Assembly: GCA_038245295.1 (NCBI GenBank)
Contig: JBBRSP010000008.1
Span: 64,001 to 128,000 of the forward strand
Direction: 5' to 3'
Length of the DNA stretch: 64,000 nucleotides
Source of the DNA: Candidatus Binatia bacterium
GTDB taxonomy: Bacteria > Desulfobacterota > Binatia > HRBIN30
The notes under the pieces were generated by a model. That model saw nothing but the letters and a program-made list of their open reading frames with translations, made no database searches and was not told the DNA's origin. How positions within the stretch are numbered: position 1 is the first letter of the stretch; the number at the start of each line of letters is the position of its first letter. This document shows positions 59,006-64,000 of this stretch, one piece after another. The position numbers and the translations under genes are program-made.

Positions 59006-60115
59006 ATGAAAGCCATTGCCGTCTTCCCCGCCAAACGAGACGTCGAACTGATTGACGAACCCGAGCCGCAGATTGCGACTCCATCCGACGTTAAGCTGCG
59101 CATGCTGGAAGTTGGGGTCTGCGGTACCGACCGCGAGATCTGCTCCTTCGAATACGGCACCCCGCCACCCGGGTCGGAACATCTGGTCATCGGCCATGAG
59201 TCGATCGGCGAAGTGGTCGAGATCGGTAGCGCCGTATCGCGCGTCAAGGTGGGTGATCTCGTCATCCCGATGGTGCGCCGGCCGTGTCCGCACGCCTACT
59301 GCCGCGCCTGTCGCGAGGGGCGTCAGGACTTCTGCTTCACCGGCGACTTCAGCGAACGCGGCATCAAGGAACGTCACGGATTCATGACCGAGCTGGTGGT
59401 CGATGACGAACAATACATGAACATCGTGCCGTCTTCGTTGCGTGACGTGGCGATTCTGGTCGAGCCGTTGACGATTGCCGAGAAGGGCATCAGCGAAATC
59501 TGGCAGGTGCAACAGCGTCTACCGTGGTTGGCGGCGCGCGACGGCGAGCCCGATGGAACCGGGCACAATGCCGTGGTTCTTGGTGCCGGGCCGGTTGGAC
59601 TCCTCGGTGCGATGGCGCTGGTTACCCGCGGGTTCACTACCTACGTCTATTCCCGCGAGGCGACGCCGAATCCCAAGGCGGATCTGGTGACGTCGATCGG
59701 CGCAACCTACGTGTCTGCCAGCACCGACACACTCGACGATCTCGTCATGCGCGTTGGCAACATCGATGTTGTCTACGAAGCCAGCGGCGCCTCGAAGGCC
59801 TCCTTCGATCTCATGAAGGGGCTGGGCACCAACGGCATCTTTGTCTTCACGGGTGTGCCGGGACGCAAAGGGCCCATGGAGATCGACACGGATTCGATCA
59901 TGCGCAATCTGGTGCTGCGCAATCAGGTTGTTTTCGGCACCGTGAACGCCAACCGCCCGGCGTTCGAAGCGGCCATCGCCGATCTCGAGGTATTCCGTCG
60001 GAGATTCCCGACGGCATTGTCGGCCCTGATTACCGGCCGTTTCGCCATGGACGACTATCGCTCTCTATTGCTCGGCAATGCGACGGGGATCAAGAATGTC
60101 ATCGCCATCGGTTAG
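59006..60115 (+). CDS. Zn-dependent (MDR) glucose 1-dehydrogenase-like protein
   Basis: GVCGTDRE, GHE, VRRPC..C..C...DFC, ERGI, VEP, GAGPVG, GTVNAN. Confidence 0.85.
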   Translation: MKAIAVFPAKRDVELIDEPEPQIATPSDVKLRMLEVGVCGTDREICSFEYGTPPPGSEHLVIGHESIGEVVEIGSAVSRVKVGDLVIPMVRRPCPHAYCRACREGRQDFCFTGDFSERGIKERHGFMTELVVDDEQYMNIVPSSLRDVAILVEPLTIAEKGISEIWQVQQRLPWLAARDGEPDGTGHNAVVLGAGPVGLLGAMALVTRGFTTYVYSREATPNPKADLVTSIGATYVSASTDTLDDLVMRVGNIDVVYEASGASKASFDLMKGLGTNGIFVFTGVPGRKGPMEIDTDSIMRNLVLRNQVVFGTVNANRPAFEAAIADLEVFRRRFPTALSALITGRFAMDDYRSLLLGNATGIKNVIAIG

Positions 60116-60149
60116 AAGGCCCCCTGGGCCGAACCCGCTCACGCAGGAA

Positions 60150-61181
60150 ATGCGAAAGCCGGCGTTTAGAGCACCAAGCCTGGTCCTGCGCTGTGCGATC
60201 TTCCTGGCCGTCGGGTGTCTGTGGGCGGTGACCACGCGCGCGGCGCCGATCAATGGCGTCGACAGTGTCGCCATTACCGTCGCCGATGTGGATCACTCGA
60301 CCGACTTCTTCACCCAGGTCCTCAGCTTCGAAAAGATCTCCGACGTCGAGGTGAGCAGCGAACAATACGAACATCTCGAGGGTGTGTTCGGCCTGCGCAT
60401 ACGTGTCGTGCGTCTACGTCTGGGTGAGGAAGCGGTCGAACTGGTTCAGTACCTGGCGCCACAGGGTCGCCCGTTGCCGGCGGATTCGCGCAGCAACGAC
60501 CGCTGGTTTCAACACGTCGCAATTGTCGTCGACGACATGGACCGGGCGTATCAAACCCTGCGCGCGCACAACGTGGCGCATGCGTCTTCCGGGCCGCAGA
60601 CACTGCCGGCATGGAATAGGAACGCCGCGGGCATTCGTGCCTTCTACTTCAAAGACCCGGACGGGCACGCGCTCGAGGTCATCCAGTTTCCGGAAGGTAA
60701 GGGTTTGTCGAAGTGGCATCAGCCGTCGCCGAGGCTGTTCCGCGGCATTGATCATACGGCGATTGTGGTCGGTGACACCGACACCAGCCTGAGGTTCTAC
60801 CGCGATACCCTCGGAATGAAGGTTGTTGGGGAAAGCGAAAATTACGGATCCGAACAGGAACACCTGAACAACGTGTTCGGGGCTCGCTTGCGCATCACCA
60901 GCTTGCGCTGCGAACACGGGCCAGGTGTCGAACTGCTGGAGTACCTGGCGCCGCGCGATGGGCGTATGACGCCGGCCGATGTGCAAGCGAACGATCTCAT
61001 GCATTGGCAAACACGATTGTCGACGGCGGATGTCGAGGCGTTGGCGCGCACGTTCCGCGAGCGCCGCGTCCGTTTTGTCTCGCCCGGCGTGACGCACTTG
61101 CCCGAAAGGGAATTTGGCTTTGATGCCGCTCTACTCGTGAGGGATCCCGATGGGCATGCGATGCAATTCGTTGACGAATAG
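60150..61181 (+). CDS. exported tandem VOC/glyoxalase-family protein
   Basis: Signal-like N-terminus, FQHVAIVV, FYFKDPDGHALE, GIDHTAIVV, VRDPDGH. Confidence 0.87.
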   Translation: MRKPAFRAPSLVLRCAIFLAVGCLWAVTTRAAPINGVDSVAITVADVDHSTDFFTQVLSFEKISDVEVSSEQYEHLEGVFGLRIRVVRLRLGEEAVELVQYLAPQGRPLPADSRSNDRWFQHVAIVVDDMDRAYQTLRAHNVAHASSGPQTLPAWNRNAAGIRAFYFKDPDGHALEVIQFPEGKGLSKWHQPSPRLFRGIDHTAIVVGDTDTSLRFYRDTLGMKVVGESENYGSEQEHLNNVFGARLRITSLRCEHGPGVELLEYLAPRDGRMTPADVQANDLMHWQTRLSTADVEALARTFRERRVRFVSPGVTHLPEREFGFDAALLVRDPDGHAMQFVDE

Positions 61182-61245
61182 TTCGCGACTTGCGGTGTGG
61201 CCGATTGACACAATCGCCGCGTCTGCGGCATCGGAGGCGCTACCG

Positions 61246-61494
61246 ATGACGTGTGAAGAGTTCAGCGAGTTTATCGTCGCGTACCGCGACGATGAGCTTG
61301 GCGCCGGCGAGCGCCGCGATTTCGAGGCGCACCTCGCTGTGTGCCCCGAGTGTGTCGAGTACCTGCGCGGTTACGAGGAGACGGTGCGCCTGGGCAAAGC
61401 CGTGATGGGTCGCCGCGACGAGGCTGTTCCGGACGACATGCCTGAAGCGCTGGTGCAGGCGATCTTACGGGCACGGCGCCAGCGTCGTGACTAG
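61246..61494 (+). CDS. small soluble zf-HC2 anti-sigma factor
   Basis: MTCEE...Y.D.EL...FEAHLAVCPEC (HxxxCxxC). No TM segment. Confidence 0.87.
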   Translation: MTCEEFSEFIVAYRDDELGAGERRDFEAHLAVCPECVEYLRGYEETVRLGKAVMGRRDEAVPDDMPEALVQAILRARRQRRD

Positions 61495-61544
61495 TCGTCC
61501 GGGGCGAGGAGCGCGGTCCGGAACCGAAAGCGTGTGAACGAGCT

Positions 61545-62690
61545 CTATTTCGCGTAATCGCAGGTGAAGAGACACTCGGTGAAACGGTCGACGGTTTCTC
61601 GATGCTCTCTGGGGCCGTAACTTCGATAGCCGAGCAGGTGCATGACGCTATTGCCGTCGAAGAGCGCATAGAGAATCAGCAGCATCAGCGCACCGCGGCG
61701 CAGCGGCGGCAGAGCCAAGACAAACGCGGGCATGGCAATCACGTACCAGAATTGCCCCCAGTTGAGTGATTTCAGCAGGATCGTGAACGCTGCGAGAGGC
61801 GAGGTCTTGATCGCGTCCGCCGGTCGCGCGGAGCGCCGAACCATCAAGAGGACGGTAACCCCAAGGGTCAGGTACGACGACAGCCCGTCCCAGGTGGTCA
61901 ACCAATTGGGATTCCAAGTCGCGTGCGACCTCGTCCAGACGTCCCAGTGATAGGGATTGTACATGAGGGTTTGATTCTTGACGGCCGCGAACCACAGGAG
62001 CGGCGCCTCGTAGTAGAACGGCAGGAATGGCAACGAGCCGAGGACGACGCCGCCGGCGAATCGAAGGAGCGGTAGGGATCGCGAAGTTCCGCGCGCCGTC
62101 TCAATAAGCTGGGCGGCGAAAAACGGCACCAACAAGATGGCGAACTGCTTCGTGTGAAGGGCGAGCGCCCAGAGCACGCCGGCGAGTAGCCAATTCTCCT
62201 TTCGCGCCAAGACGATCGCGGCGATGAGCAATACACAGAGCAACGGTTCGAACTGGCCTTCGTGAGATCCATTCCAAACGGTAACGGGTGCGGCGAACAC
62301 CAGGAAGCCTGCGAACCAGCCGTATTCCTTCTTGATGAAATACGCCGAAACGAGATCGCAAATCGTAAACACGGCCTTTACCCAGAACAGCCCAAGGCCG
62401 AGTCCGCTGAAGACGGAAAAAAACAGTAAGACGAACGGCGGATAGATGTACCCTTGCTGAGACCAGAAATTGGTCCAGAACTGCGGCGCGAAATCAGCGG
62501 CGATGGTGCTGTAAATCCCGGGACCCAATGACCAGACCTGCTTGCAGTATCCGAGATGCCGATAGAGATCCGAAGTCTCCGTCGGCGCCTGGGTGCAAAG
62601 CCAGAACCGCCAGATTCCCACCGCAAGAAATGCGGTAAACCAAAAGCGGCCCGTCCAAATCGGAGACGATGATCGAAGCGACGCGTTCAT
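61545..62690 (-). CDS. GT-C fold membrane glycosyltransferase (GT87-like)
   Basis: SDLYR, YIYPP, EGQFEP, KQF, many TM segments. Start inferred at MNASL. Confidence 0.65.
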   Translation of the reverse strand: MNASLRSSSPIWTGRFWFTAFLAVGIWRFWLCTQAPTETSDLYRHLGYCKQVWSLGPGIYSTIAADFAPQFWTNFWSQQGYIYPPFVLLFFSVFSGLGLGLFWVKAVFTICDLVSAYFIKKEYGWFAGFLVFAAPVTVWNGSHEGQFEPLLCVLLIAAIVLARKENWLLAGVLWALALHTKQFAILLVPFFAAQLIETARGTSRSLPLLRFAGGVVLGSLPFLPFYYEAPLLWFAAVKNQTLMYNPYHWDVWTRSHATWNPNWLTTWDGLSSYLTLGVTVLLMVRRSARPADAIKTSPLAAFTILLKSLNWGQFWYVIAMPAFVLALPPLRRGALMLLILYALFDGNSVMHLLGYRSYGPREHRETVDRFTECLFTCDYAK

Positions 62691-62856
62691 GCAGAGAAGC
62701 GATCGGACTCCTTGACGCTGGGAATCATACCAACACCTATACGGCTCATCGCATACTTCGAGTCGCCCCGCACCACGGATGGGGGGATGCCGCGAGGCGA
62801 GGCGAGGCGTATGCGACCTATTGACTCCAGGCTCCGTCCGTTGTTTGGGTTGCCGC

Positions 62857-64000
62857 GTGAGGGGATGGGTTGGCCTTGCACCTCTGGCCCTTGCCCCTTT
62901 GTTGGTTGTGGGGCTCGCCAGTGGACAGACCCACATAAAGCCCGAACCCTGGGTGGCTGTGGCGACAGCAGCCCTGTTCGTGGCCTATACGGCAACGATA
63001 CGAGACTCTCTCGCTGTACCGCGCGCCCGCGATTTGGCCGCCGCGGTTGTCATCGCCCTTGCCGCGAGTCATCTGTTCTTCTTTTCAGGCTTTCCGATCG
63101 GACACGATACCCCGCATCATCTGTGGGGCATATGGGCCGTATTCAAGGCGCTTCGCCAGGGTGATCTCTATCCTCAGTGGCTGCATCATCTCGGCATGGG
63201 TATGCCACTCCTGCGGTTCTATCCGCCCGGCAGCTTTCTGCTGATTTATCCGCTGGCGCTGTTGCCGCTGCCCGTCGCGGTGACATTGAAGGGCGCCTTT
63301 CTTTTCTATGCGTGTATGGCGAGTTGCACCATGTACTACACGACGGTTCGCTGGACGCAGGATCGCCGGGCCGCCCTCGTCGCCGCGCTGGCCTATGTTT
63401 GGGCCCCCTATGCGTTGCTCGATTCGCACTACCGGATAGCTTTGGCGGAGAGTGCGGCGCTGATCTGGTTTCCTTTGGTGTTTGGCGCCGTGGAGCGGCT
63501 TGCGCATGAGTCAGGCCGCCGCATCGTACTGTGTGCGGCGGTCAGTTTTGCGTTGTTGTTGATCACGCATCCCATTTCGGCGGTGATCGCCTGTTCCGGT
63601 GCCGCCGTGTGGCTGACGGTGGCATGGTGGCCACTGTCGTGCGGGTTTGGGGTTTGGCTGGCCAAGTTGAGTCGGCTGCTGGCGGCGCTGGCGATTGGCC
63701 TCCTGCTCTCGGCCTTCTACCTGCTGCCCCTGCTGAGCGAAGCGCGCTACACGAGCCTGGCGCGCGGAGTTGCGCGGCAGGAAGGTCAGCCCCTGTATGC
63801 GGAGTACGGTCTGGTGCCGGCGGATCTGCTGTCGCCGCGCCGCTGGAGCGAGGTCCAGTTCGCGCACTCGACCGCACAGCGGCAGCAGGACGGGGCTGAG
63901 GAAATGCCCCACTATGTGGGATTGGTTCTGCTTGCCCTCATCCCTCTTGCTGCTGGCTGGTTGCATCGTCGTTCGTCGCCCGACGGATACTCCACGGGGC
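62857..64000 (+). CDS. '6-pyruvoyl-tetrahydropterin synthase-related' GT-C-like membrane protein (partial, runs off window end; absent from the ORF track)
   Basis: Manual translation gives GHDTPHH...GDLYPQW...GMGMPLLRFYPP...AALAYVWAPY...R.ALAE...WFP. Start uncertain (62779, 62821 or 62857). Confidence 0.75.
   Translation, partial: MRGWVGLAPLALAPLLVVGLASGQTHIKPEPWVAVATAALFVAYTATIRDSLAVPRARDLAAAVVIALAASHLFFFSGFPIGHDTPHHLWGIWAVFKALRQGDLYPQWLHHLGMGMPLLRFYPPGSFLLIYPLALLPLPVAVTLKGAFLFYACMASCTMYYTTVRWTQDRRAALVAALAYVWAPYALLDSHYRIALAESAALIWFPLVFGAVERLAHESGRRIVLCAAVSFALLLITHPISAVIACSGAAVWLTVAWWPLSCGFGVWLAKLSRLLAALAIGLLLSAFYLLPLLSEARYTSLARGVARQEGQPLYAEYGLVPADLLSPRRWSEVQFAHSTAQRQQDGAEEMPHYVGLVLLALIPLAAGWLHRRSSPDGYSTG

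Overview
GC-rich bacterial chromosome segment. The gene style (Cys-flanked dockerin-like domains, amtB-glnB-glnA, def-fmt-rsmB-rpe) suggests a deltaproteobacteria-like lineage such as Candidatus Binatia; this is inference only. In order, the window holds: a divergent cbb3 oxidase operon (cytochrome c tail, ccoN, ccoO, ccoS-like, a stand-alone CcoP-type anchor helix, ccoI); a Phd antitoxin with a truncated PIN toxin; a DUF6502/DUF5666 pair facing a secreted protease, a His/Cys-rich secreted protein and a beta-barrel; meaB-phosphoesterase-S53 peptidase; glgC-NUDIX-M32; ileS-lspA; a sigma54-driven amtB-glnB-glnA; plsY; tRNA-Pro(CGG); rpe, rsmB, fmt and def with an inserted phytase-like gene; an orphan gspG; a ~16 kb accessory block (45.4-61.5 kb); and two GT-C-like membrane genes. 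The accessory block embeds a bufferin-type MNIO RiPP cluster among GH63, NDH-2, DoxX, a Cys-tailed aquaporin, GMC, a PAS/GAF sigma54 activator, STAS, an ECF sigma, glucose dehydrogenase, a VOC protein and a zf-HC2 anti-sigma. Intergenic DNA is a mosaic of palindromic repeat families, including a MITE that appears to insert into REP hairpin loops with 4-bp target duplications. No CRISPR array, rRNA, integrase or intact transposase was seen. All calls come from reading motifs by eye; no searches were run.
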